Positions 21,414 through 30,567 of a DNA stretch of 64,000 bases are shown in pieces. The notes below the pieces were generated by a model. It made no database searches and had not been told where the DNA came from. It worked only from the letters and a program-made list of their open reading frames with translations. This DNA comes from Thainema sp. (GTDB lineage Bacteria; Cyanobacteriota; Cyanobacteriia; Phormidesmidales; Phormidesmidaceae). Where the stretch lies: NCBI GenBank assembly GCA_052168235.1, contig JBQLZK010000020.1, forward strand, positions 22,036 through 86,035, read 5' to 3'. Positions within the stretch are counted from its first letter, which is position 1. The number at the start of each line of letters is the position of its first letter. Both the position numbers and the translations under genes were made by a program.

Positions 21414-22748
21414 ATGTACTGGTTTCTGCAACTGTCATTAATCGCGTTCAATGCGGCTGGCTTAACCCTGAGTTTTGCTTTCCTGCGAACGCCGATTGCC
21501 TTAGCTCCTGCCACTGAGATTGAGTCACCGGCTCTGCCTGATTTAGATCAAGCGGCATCCATTGAGGAACTATATACACTGCGGGATGAGCTGATTGCTC
21601 AAGTCAATGATGCCCATGCGCAGGATGAGGACGACAGCTCTTCATCCGGAAAAGTGTCCCATCAATTGCTGATGGAGCAGGCCATCCAAACTGCTCAAAT
21701 TAAAATCCGCGTGGAAGAACGGGCTGAAACGCGCCTACATCAGGCGGGCCGACTTGCGCTTCAGGCGGTTGAAAAAGCGGGTGTTGAAGAACCAACTCTA
21801 GAGGATTTTCAGGCTGCCGAGGCACTTTGGAATGATGCGATCGCAAAGTTAGAGGCTATTCCCAACGAAGAAACCTTTGTCTCGCAACAGGCGCTGAAAA
21901 AGCTGACCGAATATCAAGGCCACCGAGACACAATTGCCTATCGGGTTGACGAGCAGCAGTCAGACTTCCTCAAAACAATTGCTGAAGAATTGGGTCGCCC
22001 CGATAGCATCCGTATTGCCGTTTGTGAGGTGGCGGAGAATCCAGAATGCCGCTACTGGAAGGGCAATGAACCGCCTGCCAGCCCAGCCAGCTTAATTAAA
22101 GTACCCGTCGCGGTGGCTCTGATGCAAAAAGTGACCACTGAGCAGACGGATCTGGAAAGCAAAATCATGGTCAGCCCCGGTAACTGGACAGAAGATCCGG
22201 ACGGCTCCAAAATCTGGACGGGGCAGGAGCATTCGCTCAAAGAACTGCTGTACCGCATGATTGACCACAGCAGCAACATCGCCACTAATCAGCTTATCGA
22301 CTACGTTGGCTTTGACTACATTAATCAGGTGATGCAGGAGCGGGGCTACACGGGCACCAAAGTCGGCTATAAGCTGGTCGGCGAATCCACCTATCCCAGC
22401 AATTTGGGCAGTTTCCCAAACCAGATAACGGCCTCTGACCTGACTCACATGATGGTCGAAATTTACAACCAGGAAAATTCTGGTGATGATGTGCTGCTCG
22501 ATGCCTTAGTCAGCCAGTACGACTGGGATTTCGGCTACAAGGCGCTGCAAAAGTCGCCCGGTAACTGGGCCGGAGAGAAAACGGGTCAAAACTCCAAGGT
22601 GATTGGTACAACCGTCGGCGTCAATATCGGCGGCGTAGGCGGCGATCGCTATATCATTACGTTTACGATTGACTACTCAGCCAACCAAAACACGCTGCGT
22701 CAGGGAATTCGGCAGGTCGTAGAGCATATTGCTGATAATGGTCTGTAA
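21414..22748 (+). CDS. Class A beta-lactamase-like serine hydrolase with an N-terminal helical region
   Basis: SxxK (ASLIK), SxN (SSN) and KTG motifs; hydrophobic N-terminus. Confidence 0.8.
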   Translation: MYWFLQLSLIAFNAAGLTLSFAFLRTPIALAPATEIESPALPDLDQAASIEELYTLRDELIAQVNDAHAQDEDDSSSSGKVSHQLLMEQAIQTAQIKIRVEERAETRLHQAGRLALQAVEKAGVEEPTLEDFQAAEALWNDAIAKLEAIPNEETFVSQQALKKLTEYQGHRDTIAYRVDEQQSDFLKTIAEELGRPDSIRIAVCEVAENPECRYWKGNEPPASPASLIKVPVAVALMQKVTTEQTDLESKIMVSPGNWTEDPDGSKIWTGQEHSLKELLYRMIDHSSNIATNQLIDYVGFDYINQVMQERGYTGTKVGYKLVGESTYPSNLGSFPNQITASDLTHMMVEIYNQENSGDDVLLDALVSQYDWDFGYKALQKSPGNWAGEKTGQNSKVIGTTVGVNIGGVGGDRYIITFTIDYSANQNTLRQGIRQVVEHIADNGL

Positions 22749-22784
22749 TGGGCATTGGCCCCGTAGATTCATTAAGCAACTATC

Positions 22785-23615
22785 ATGTCGAGTTCGACTG
22801 CGATCGCACTTTCCACAGAAATTCAAGGGCAAGGTTTCCCGATTCTCTGTCTGCACGGACATCCGGGGCGCGGTTCCTCAATGTCGGTCTTCACTAGTCA
22901 CCTCGCGCGGCGATTTAGGACAATTGCGCCGGATCTGCGTGGCTATGGCGATAGTCGGGTTGAGCGTCCGTTTCAGATGGCTGATCACTTACAGGATCTT
23001 GAAGCCCTGCTGGAGCGGCAAACGATTGACCAGTGCCTCGTTTTGGGTTGGTCGCTGGGCGGCATTTTGGCGATGGAATTGGCACTCCAACGACCGGATC
23101 TGGTACAGGGTTTAATCTTAGTCGCAACGGCAGCCTATCCCCGCAGCAGTCATCCGCCGATTTTCTGGCAGGACAATCTCTACACCGGACTGGCTGCACT
23201 AATTAACCTCGTCTCTCCTGGCTGGCAGTGGAATATTGATGCCTTCGGTCAGCGGTCACTCTTCCGCTATTTGGTGCAGCAGCAAACGCCTTCAACCTAC
23301 CGCTATCTGGCCAGTGAAGCCGTTCCAGCTTACCTACGCACGTCTAAGTGGGCGGAGCAAGCTCTGACTCAAGCCATGCGCGATCGCTATAATCGCCTCG
23401 CGGATTTGCACCAGATTCAAGTCCCCTGCCTGATGCTCTGCGGTGAACAGGATCGGCACATCACGGCTCAATCGAGTATCGAAACAGGCGAAGCGCTCCC
23501 AGACTGCAAGATTCACTGCTACCCCGACACCGCTCACCTTTTTCCCTGGGAAATTCCGCAGCAGGTTTTAGCTGATATCGATCAGTGGCTTACGATTTAC
23601 CGGAATCCAACATAA
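22785..23615 (+). CDS. Alpha/beta fold hydrolase
   Basis: LHGHPG, PDLRGYG, GWSLGG nucleophile elbow, C-terminal His (TAHL). Confidence 0.9.
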   Translation: MSSSTAIALSTEIQGQGFPILCLHGHPGRGSSMSVFTSHLARRFRTIAPDLRGYGDSRVERPFQMADHLQDLEALLERQTIDQCLVLGWSLGGILAMELALQRPDLVQGLILVATAAYPRSSHPPIFWQDNLYTGLAALINLVSPGWQWNIDAFGQRSLFRYLVQQQTPSTYRYLASEAVPAYLRTSKWAEQALTQAMRDRYNRLADLHQIQVPCLMLCGEQDRHITAQSSIETGEALPDCKIHCYPDTAHLFPWEIPQQVLADIDQWLTIYRNPT

Positions 23616-23680
23616 ATATCCAGCAGTAGATTTTGGTAGCACCGTCTACACCACTTGAACAGTCAAATCCAGAATCGACT

Positions 23681-24208
23681 TTATCCGATCATCTGCTTAA
23701 AATACTCTTTCTCGCTCATCAAATTCTGGGTGCTTTCTACACGGTCGAGAAAGACCTTGCCGTTGAGGTGATCCAGTTCGTGCTGAATGATGCGAGCAAC
23801 AAAATCGGTGAACTCTTGGTGCTGGCAATTGCCGAAACGATCAGTATATTCAACTGCGATCGCACTATAGCGTGGCACCAAACCTCGAATTCCCGGCACG
23901 CTGAGGCAGCCTTCCCAACCTTTCATCTGTTCATCAGAGTGATCGACGATTTCAGGATTAATCATTGCCGTTGGTTCCATCGTTGGCGCGTGGGGATAGC
24001 GCAGATTGGGGCGCGAGGCGACAATAATCAGGCGCTCTGACGCGGCAACTTGCGGAGCCGCAATGCCCACACCGTTCGTTTCTACTGCGGTTGCAATCAA
24101 GTCGTCGATCAGGGATTGTGTGCGATCGCACATTACCTGATCAACGGGCTGGGCAATTTGCCGCAATACGGGATGACCCAACTCAATTACAGAACGAATA
24201 TTAGCCAT
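23681..24208 (-). CDS. def: Peptide deformylase (paralog 1)
   Basis: GIAAPQV, EGCLS, QHELDHL; ATG at 24208 preferred. Confidence 0.92.
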   Translation of the reverse strand: MANIRSVIELGHPVLRQIAQPVDQVMCDRTQSLIDDLIATAVETNGVGIAAPQVAASERLIIVASRPNLRYPHAPTMEPTAMINPEIVDHSDEQMKGWEGCLSVPGIRGLVPRYSAIAVEYTDRFGNCQHQEFTDFVARIIQHELDHLNGKVFLDRVESTQNLMSEKEYFKQMIG

Positions 24209-24264
24209 AGTTACTAACTTATAAATCAACAAATCAGGTAATTTAGCCGTTAATCAGCCACAAT

Positions 24265-24651
24265 TTACCAAATGGTTTTGACTGGATAAGCTGCAAACGC
24301 CGCGTCAGTACTAACCAGTAAAGCTTGCTCACAGATGGCTTGGGCAATCAAAATTCGGTCAAATGGATCTTTATGATGAGGTGGTAGTTGATCAAGCGCG
24401 AGTACATGTTCTGAGACGATGGGTAAAACGACTAAATTATTCGTCAATTGTTGCTGAACCAGAATTTCAGAAAGTGGTGAATGTAAGCGTAATTTCCCTA
24501 ATTGGTATTTGATTTGGATCTCCCAAAGGCTTGCGACGCTGAGAATGAACTCGTTAGTAACGTCAGTCAATAAATCTAGAGCTTGGTCTGATAGCTGTTC
24601 CGGCTGACTGTCCCACCAGATAAACGTATGGGTATCTAAAAGTAGTTTCAC
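24265..24651 (-). CDS. vapC: VapC PIN-domain toxin
   Basis: LLLDTHTFIW, SVASLWEI, HKDPFDRILIAQA. Confidence 0.9.
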   Translation of the reverse strand: MKLLLDTHTFIWWDSQPEQLSDQALDLLTDVTNEFILSVASLWEIQIKYQLGKLRLHSPLSEILVQQQLTNNLVVLPIVSEHVLALDQLPPHHKDPFDRILIAQAICEQALLVSTDAAFAAYPVKTIW

Positions 24652-24655
24652 AGCG

Positions 24656-24895
24656 TTAATCTTGCTGATTTAGCCAAAATTCATCGGGTAGTGGATCATC
24701 AAAGTCTGCATCAATAATTATGCTATTTCGGTGCAGGCCTGGAACTCGCTTGGTTGAAGATGCTTGTATTGGCAATAACCGAGCTTGAGGAATTTGTCGA
24801 TCGGTCAAAATAATTTCAATGCCAGTTGCTGCTTGGGCAATCAGTTCGGCCAATTGACTTTGAGCTTCAGCAATATCAACGATTTTAGTAGTCAT
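24656..24895 (-). CDS. Phd/YefM-like antitoxin
   Basis: IAEAQSQLAELI N-terminus and DFDDPLP C-terminus; 4 bp upstream of the toxin gene. Confidence 0.85.
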   Translation of the reverse strand: MTTKIVDIAEAQSQLAELIAQAATGIEIILTDRQIPQARLLPIQASSTKRVPGLHRNSIIIDADFDDPLPDEFWLNQQD

Positions 24896-24960
24896 CTGAC
24901 CTTCCCTATTTTTGTGATGACATTAAGTGAGCTTTGCTGTTAAAAGCCTGTGGTTCTGAA

Positions 24961-24993
24961 TGAGAATTGGAGTACTTAGCACTCCAATTCTCA
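24961..24993. terminator. Hairpin downstream of gor
   Basis: tgagaattggagt...actccaattctca inverted repeat. Confidence 0.55.
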
Positions 24994-25006
24994 TTCATAG
25001 AAAAAA

Positions 25007-26413
25007 CTAGCGCATGGTGACGAATTCCTCGGCAGAGCTGGGATGGATGCCGACGGTGGCGTCGAAATCGGCTTTGGTTGCGCCCATCTTGACTGCGATC
25101 GCAACGCCTTGAATAATTTCAGCCGCATGATCGCCGACCATATGGGCACCGAGTACCTTGTTGGTGGCCTCCTCGACAATCAACTTCATCATCGTCTTTT
25201 CTTGCTTATCCGGCAGCGTATAGTACATGGCCCGGAACCGGCTGCGATAGATCTTGATGCCATCGCAACCATACTGTTGAACAGCTTCGTCCTCGGTAAG
25301 CCCAACCGTTGCCGCTTCCGGCGTTGTGAATACAGCAGTGGGAATATTCTCGTAGCTCATCTGGCGCGACTTACCGCCAAACATGGTGTCAGCAAACGCC
25401 CGACCTTCGTTAATCGCCACTGGCGTGAGATTAATGTTATCGGTGCAGTCGCCCACCGCATAGATGTGATCCACCGACGTTTTGCTGTAGGGATCAACTG
25501 CGATCGCATCTCCATTCATCTCCACACCCGTATTTTCTAAGCCCAGGTTTTGAGTATTGGGTTTGCGCCCAGTCGCCGCTAAACTCACTGCGTCGGTGAT
25601 AATCTCTTCCGGATTTTCGGTCGGAACAAGCTGCGTCTCCACTAAGTCGCCACAGTCACGCTTGAGTTTAATCTTCAGCCCAGTTTCCGCTTTTTCAATC
25701 GAAACGATTTGAGTCTCCGTCAGCAGGTTGACGCCATGATGAATCATGCCGTCTTGAATGCTCGTGCGGATATCTTCATCAAAGCCCCGCAAAATCTTGT
25801 TGCCCCGAATCACCTGAGTCACTTCAGTACCCAGACCGTTCATGATCGAGGCAAATTCACAGCCGATGTAGCCACCGCCCAGAATCACAATCCGCTTGGG
25901 TTGCTCTTTGAGGTGGAAGATATCGTCGGAGGTCATGGCATGTTCAATGCCTTTGATATGCGGCTTCACCGGATAGCCACCGACGGCGATTAGAATCTTG
26001 TCGGCAGTGACCTTTTCATCGCCAACTTCTAGGGTGTGTTCGTCGATAAATTTCGCCCGTGCCGGAAAGAGCTTCACATTGGATTTATCCAACATACTCT
26101 GATAGATGCCGTTGAGCCGAATCACTTCGTTGTTGACGGCGGTAATCATTTTGTGCCAATCAAGCTGGCCCTTCACTTCGCTCCAGCCGTAGCCCTGAGC
26201 ATCTTCAAATAAGCTAGGGAAATGGGAGGCATAGACCATCAGTTTTTTGGGAACACAACCGCGATTAACGCAGGTGCCACCCAGGCGATCGTATTCGGCG
26301 ACGCCCACTTTGGCTCCGTATTCGGCAGCGCGTCGGGCCGTTGCAATTCCGCCAGAACCACCACCAATTACAAATAAATCAAAGTCGTAACTCACAAATG
26401 CCTCCTTTTGCAT
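25007..26413 (-). CDS. gor: Glutathione-disulfide reductase
   Basis: GGGSGG, CVNRGC redox disulfide, GIHPSSAEEF. Start may be GTG at 26395. Confidence 0.94.
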   Translation of the reverse strand: MQKEAFVSYDFDLFVIGGGSGGIATARRAAEYGAKVGVAEYDRLGGTCVNRGCVPKKLMVYASHFPSLFEDAQGYGWSEVKGQLDWHKMITAVNNEVIRLNGIYQSMLDKSNVKLFPARAKFIDEHTLEVGDEKVTADKILIAVGGYPVKPHIKGIEHAMTSDDIFHLKEQPKRIVILGGGYIGCEFASIMNGLGTEVTQVIRGNKILRGFDEDIRTSIQDGMIHHGVNLLTETQIVSIEKAETGLKIKLKRDCGDLVETQLVPTENPEEIITDAVSLAATGRKPNTQNLGLENTGVEMNGDAIAVDPYSKTSVDHIYAVGDCTDNINLTPVAINEGRAFADTMFGGKSRQMSYENIPTAVFTTPEAATVGLTEDEAVQQYGCDGIKIYRSRFRAMYYTLPDKQEKTMMKLIVEEATNKVLGAHMVGDHAAEIIQGVAIAVKMGATKADFDATVGIHPSSAEEFVTMR

Positions 26414-26612
26414 TAACCATTGCGTTGATCAACACGGCGGCCTTGCCAATTCGGGGCTGAATTGCGAGATAGGAGCAGTGCCTCACCTCGCAATTTAGAC
26501 TTAAAATCAGCAATCCCACACGGCTGTTTTGATCACGCTATCGCTATCATCAGCCTAACGTTTTCCTGATTATTTCGCGTCCCGAGTTTGGTGACATGGA
26601 CGTGATGTTGTG

Positions 26613-27404
26613 CTAACTCGCTTTCTCGGCGGCGTTTACCCAAACGGTCATGTTTTTCAGCGTTAATGGCCCAAACTGGGTCGCAAGCGCAACATCAGCG
26701 GCGTCACGACCATATGCGATCGCAATTCGATTTCCCTTCGGATCTTTCTGGGTCGCATCAAAGGTGTACCAGCGGTGGCCGACATAGGCTTCAAACCAGG
26801 CGTGCAGATCCATCGGCTCTAGTTCATGCAGATAGCCCACCACCATGCGAGCCGGAATGCTGAGGTTACGACAGAGCGAGATGCCCAGATGAGTAAAGTC
26901 GCGACACACTCCCACTCGCTGTTCAACCGTGTCTAAGACGGTTGTGGATGTATCACTCGTGCCGTACTGATATTCAATATTGGTCTGAATCCATTGACGA
27001 ATCGCTTCCACCTGCGCGTAACCGGGCTGAGCCTCGGCGGTGATTTCAAGCGCCAAATCGCCGACCTGCTCGGGCAAACAGTAGCGGCTGGGCAGCAGAT
27101 ATTGCAGCAAACCTGTCGGTAAATTTTGCACTTCGATGAAGGGTGCGGTGCGGTCTACGTCGATGCGATCGCTGGTTTCCACATAGGCTTCGGTATGAAT
27201 TCGAAACTCGCCTTCTGGAACGACCAAACGCTGACATAGGTTGCCGTAGCTATCGGTGTATTCTTCCACAAACACCATCGGCTGCAAGTCATATTCTTCG
27301 CGCACCACCCACTGACCCTGACCACTGCGAGGACGCAGCATGAGGATGACTGGCGTAGGAGCATCGGCTTCATAAATTAGTTCACAGCCTGCGTTGAGTC
27401 TCAT
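26613..27404 (-). CDS. Transglutaminase-like family protein
   Basis: GVCRDFTH, HAWFE, FD triad; GRDAADV. Confidence 0.88.
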   Translation of the reverse strand: MRLNAGCELIYEADAPTPVILMLRPRSGQGQWVVREEYDLQPMVFVEEYTDSYGNLCQRLVVPEGEFRIHTEAYVETSDRIDVDRTAPFIEVQNLPTGLLQYLLPSRYCLPEQVGDLALEITAEAQPGYAQVEAIRQWIQTNIEYQYGTSDTSTTVLDTVEQRVGVCRDFTHLGISLCRNLSIPARMVVGYLHELEPMDLHAWFEAYVGHRWYTFDATQKDPKGNRIAIAYGRDAADVALATQFGPLTLKNMTVWVNAAEKAS

Positions 27405-27600
27405 GTTTTTCCTTCATTCACTGGGACGATACGCTACAGCGGCGGCACTAGAAAGTCTGTAAACAACCTTACATTGAAACTATAGCGAGACTCTGAAGTC
27501 GTTCGTAAAGCTCATCAGGCAAGTTTTCAATCTGAAGAATAGCCATTGCGATCGCAGAACTGCTAGAAGGTTATATTCCAAGTCTAATGGAATCGACTAA

Positions 27601-27621
27601 GGTGGGCGATGCCCACCCTAC
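27601..27621 (-). repeat. GTAG-tagged REP-like palindrome
   Basis: ggtgggcgatgcccaccctac, same family as 9267-9287. Confidence 0.7.
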
Positions 27622-27632
27622 AGGATAGATAT

Positions 27633-28592
27633 CTACTGAATTTTGCCGATTTCGCGACCGACGGCTTCAATTTTGTCGTAGTTGGCGTTTTCGGTTTCGA
27701 TGAATTGCTCTGCGCCGAAGAGTTCTAAGATTTCCTGATGCTCTGGATTGCTGGGATCAAGGTTGAGTAGCGCCTGCTGTACTTTTTCCGTAAAGCCTTC
27801 ACCGTAGCGCTCTTCGACTTCTGGGCTGATCACCCAGTGATAGTCGTAATAAGTGGGCGTGCGCCACAGCACCTCCACGCGATCGCGGTTGACGGCACCT
27901 TCTGCTAAGCGGGATTCCCAGACCTGCTCATTCAGGAAGCCTGTCTCGTAGCTGCCTGCTTCCACTAGCTTAATCGTCGTGTCGTGATTACCGGAAAAGC
28001 CAACTTCACCGTTCAAATCCGATAGTTCAACACCTGCTTCTTTCATAAAATACTGCGGCATCAGACGACCAGAGGTAGACGATTCGCTGCCAAAGGTGAG
28101 GCTGCGCCCCTTGAGCTGTTCTAAACCGCTGGCATCTTCAAACGGTTCTAAATTAGCGCTGGTGTTGGCAATCAAAACGCTGCGGAAATTCTCGTCGATG
28201 TCCCGCTGTGCGATCGCAGTTGCTCCATCCACCTGTAACCGCGCCTGCACCCCGGTTAGACCGCCAAACCACACCATGTCGAGGTCGCCCACTTTAAACG
28301 CAGTCACGGCAGCGGCATAGTCAGTGACAGGCTGATACTCAACCGGAACGCCTAACTCTTGCTCTAGATAGTCGGTCAGCGCCCCATAAAGCCGCTGGAG
28401 TTCTTCGGGATCTTGATCAGGAATAGCCCCTGTTACGAACGGTTCCACATTCTCGGTATTTTCAGAAACCGAATCACTTGCCGTACTGTCGCCTGGGGTG
28501 GCGGAATTTTGGGTATCTGGTGAACAGGCGGCTAGGGGCAACATCAGAGCAGCCAAACCTGTAACCAGCGAACGTTTAAGTCGAAGCACCAT
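27633..28592 (-). CDS. PhnD-like ABC substrate-binding lipoprotein (putative selenate/phosphonate type)
   Basis: Lipobox LAAC; GAIPDQDP, FGGLTGVQAR, FGSESSTSGRLMP. Confidence 0.82.
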   Translation of the reverse strand: MVLRLKRSLVTGLAALMLPLAACSPDTQNSATPGDSTASDSVSENTENVEPFVTGAIPDQDPEELQRLYGALTDYLEQELGVPVEYQPVTDYAAAVTAFKVGDLDMVWFGGLTGVQARLQVDGATAIAQRDIDENFRSVLIANTSANLEPFEDASGLEQLKGRSLTFGSESSTSGRLMPQYFMKEAGVELSDLNGEVGFSGNHDTTIKLVEAGSYETGFLNEQVWESRLAEGAVNRDRVEVLWRTPTYYDYHWVISPEVEERYGEGFTEKVQQALLNLDPSNPEHQEILELFGAEQFIETENANYDKIEAVGREIGKIQ

Positions 28593-28729
28593 TGAATTTT
28601 CCCTGGGAAACAACTAATAGAAATCCTCTCATTCTGCACCCAAACAACCGCTTCGGGTTCTCAAAGTGCAAGGTGCAAGACGTGAGAATCTACACTATAA
28701 GAATAGAGCCATTGCTAGCACCTCAAGCT

Positions 28730-29293
28730 ATGACGACTGTTCTGAACTTAGAACCGCTTACTCGCAGCCTGTCACGGGAACAGTTTGTGCAACTTTGCCA
28801 CAGTAATCCTGACCTACAGCTTGAGCGTTCAGCCCAAGGAGAATTAGTGATTGTGAGCCCAGTCGGCGGCATCAGCGGTAATCAAGAAGCGGATTTGATT
28901 ACGAAGGTTGGTATTTGGAATGTCGAAACTCAGTTGGGCTATGTGTTTAGCTCATCAACGATCTTTAGCTTGCCGAATGGGGGGGATCGCTCTCCGGATG
29001 TAGCGTGGGTAGCCAAGCGGCGCTGGGAAGCGCTGACACCAGAAGCACAAAGCGCTTTTCCGCCGATTTGTCCAGACTTTGTGATTGAACTGCGATCGCG
29101 CAGTGATCGATTGCTGCCGCTGCAAGCCAAAATGCAGGAGTATATCGCTAGCGGATTGCGGCTGGGATGGCTGATTAATCCACAAGATCGGCAAGTGGAA
29201 ATCTATCGTCCTGAGCAAGAGGTTGAGGTGATTCAGTTACCTGCAAAGCTATCGGGTGAAACGGTGCTGCCAGGTTTTGAGTTGAGTCTTTGA
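28730..29293 (+). CDS. Uma2 family PD-(D/E)XK endonuclease-like protein
   Basis: SPDVAWV, PDFVIELRS, LGWLINPQ, LPGFEL; ATG 28730. Confidence 0.9.
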   Translation: MTTVLNLEPLTRSLSREQFVQLCHSNPDLQLERSAQGELVIVSPVGGISGNQEADLITKVGIWNVETQLGYVFSSSTIFSLPNGGDRSPDVAWVAKRRWEALTPEAQSAFPPICPDFVIELRSRSDRLLPLQAKMQEYIASGLRLGWLINPQDRQVEIYRPEQEVEVIQLPAKLSGETVLPGFELSL

Positions 29294-29371
29294 ACAGGGA
29301 GGTAAATGCGATCGCACGTTTAAGATTTCGTAGATCGCTGGCTTTAATCATTTCTGCAACAATTCTAGCGT

Positions 29372-29412
29372 TGCCAGAGACCCGGCTTCTCTAAGAAGCC
29401 GAATCTCTGGCA
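29372..29412. repeat. Palindromic intergenic repeat or terminator between convergent genes
   Basis: tgccagagacccggcttct-cta-agaagccgaatctctggca. Confidence 0.55.
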
Positions 29413-29469
29413 CCCGTGGTTCAGCCAAATGGGAGCCGAGTGCAGCATTATTCTGGCTGATGAACTTGA

Positions 29470-30222
29470 TTAAACCGATGCCCGTTGGCGGCGGGTGACT
29501 TGGTGCGGCTCAATTTGGGTGACAGCTTCTTCAAAGGGGCGTACCCGCAGCCGCTGCTGATGGACATTGAACTGATAGACCTGATTTTGGTCGAGATCTA
29601 GAGCTGTGAGCCAACCGCTCTTGGGATGATAGGCTCCGGTATCAATATCGAGCCAGCCAATGCCTTGGACAATCTGCCCTGGCTTAACTTGGGGCAGCGT
29701 GAACGTAATCGTATGTCCCGTAATAATCAGCTTATCGGTGAAGTAGGGACGGGGACTGCTGTGAAAGCGATCGCGGATCCAGCAGAGTTCTTGGCTGGTT
29801 TGTTTTTCAATCGGCAAATCGGGATGTAGCCCAGCATGAACTAACCATACATCCCCCAAATCGATGAATAGGGGCAGTTGGCGAATCCAAGCTAAGTGGT
29901 CAAACAGCCGCTCAATGTCGCCATAGCTCGTCAGGGTTGACTGACCACCGCTAAACAACCAGCCCTGTAAGGCGGGCATATGTACCTGGCCATTCGGAAA
30001 CGCATCTAGTAAAAGCTGCTCGTGATTGCCCAATACGCACTGGTGAGGACTTTGGCGAACAAAATCAACGACCTGGGCACTCTGAGGGCCGCGATCGATC
30101 AGGTCGCCAACAAAATATATTTTATGGTCAGAGTCCGGTGAAACTGCCTCCAGCAGTCGCATAAGACCATCGTAGTGACCATGTACATCACCTATAAAAA
30201 TGCGTCGGCGCGTCTCAGTCAT
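29470..30222 (-). CDS. Metallophosphoesterase (PPP-type Ser/Thr phosphatase family)
   Basis: GDVHG, GDLIDRG, GNHE, GHT, DTG. Confidence 0.9.
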   Translation of the reverse strand: MTETRRRIFIGDVHGHYDGLMRLLEAVSPDSDHKIYFVGDLIDRGPQSAQVVDFVRQSPHQCVLGNHEQLLLDAFPNGQVHMPALQGWLFSGGQSTLTSYGDIERLFDHLAWIRQLPLFIDLGDVWLVHAGLHPDLPIEKQTSQELCWIRDRFHSSPRPYFTDKLIITGHTITFTLPQVKPGQIVQGIGWLDIDTGAYHPKSGWLTALDLDQNQVYQFNVHQQRLRVRPFEEAVTQIEPHQVTRRQRASV

Positions 30223-30481
30223 CCAAAATTTCCTGCTATGTGAAGCTGCTTTAGGGGATGAAACGTTAGTGCTGCAAGGGTAAATACATCACTATGAATT
30301 CGAACGTTTTGATGGACAAACCACCACTATCTCCATATTGCCCATCAAGCTGACAAATGCACCTTTTTCAGGTGCGCCTTTTATGAAAGGACACATTTTA
30401 CTTCTTTTTAAAGAAGTTTACGTTAGTACTGTCTTGATTATGCCCTGCTATCGGCATATCATTGGGCCAGCTGAACTCAAA

Positions 30482-30497
30482 TGTATTAAATATTACA
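30482..30497. promoter_or_regulatory. Candidate NtcA box TGTA-N8-TACA
   Basis: tgta-ttaaatat-taca, ~260 bp upstream of the phosphatase gene. No -10 box at the canonical spacing. Confidence 0.35.
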
Positions 30498-30567
30498 TAA
30501 GTTTTCTGAAATATAAAAAAACTTATTAAGATGAATCTGCTTGCATGAAAAGATGTTGAACTTGCGT

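Noticed and set aside
21090..21514. Minus-strand ORFs and an 18-bp tandem duplication (21265-21298) between gatA and the serine hydrolase
   Set aside because: No recognisable protein features and the ORFs overlap the hydrolase start; probably non-coding.
24265..29293. VapBC plus Uma2 as a defence island
   Set aside because: They are separated by housekeeping genes, both families are abundant and scattered in cyanobacteria, and no integrase or island boundary is visible.
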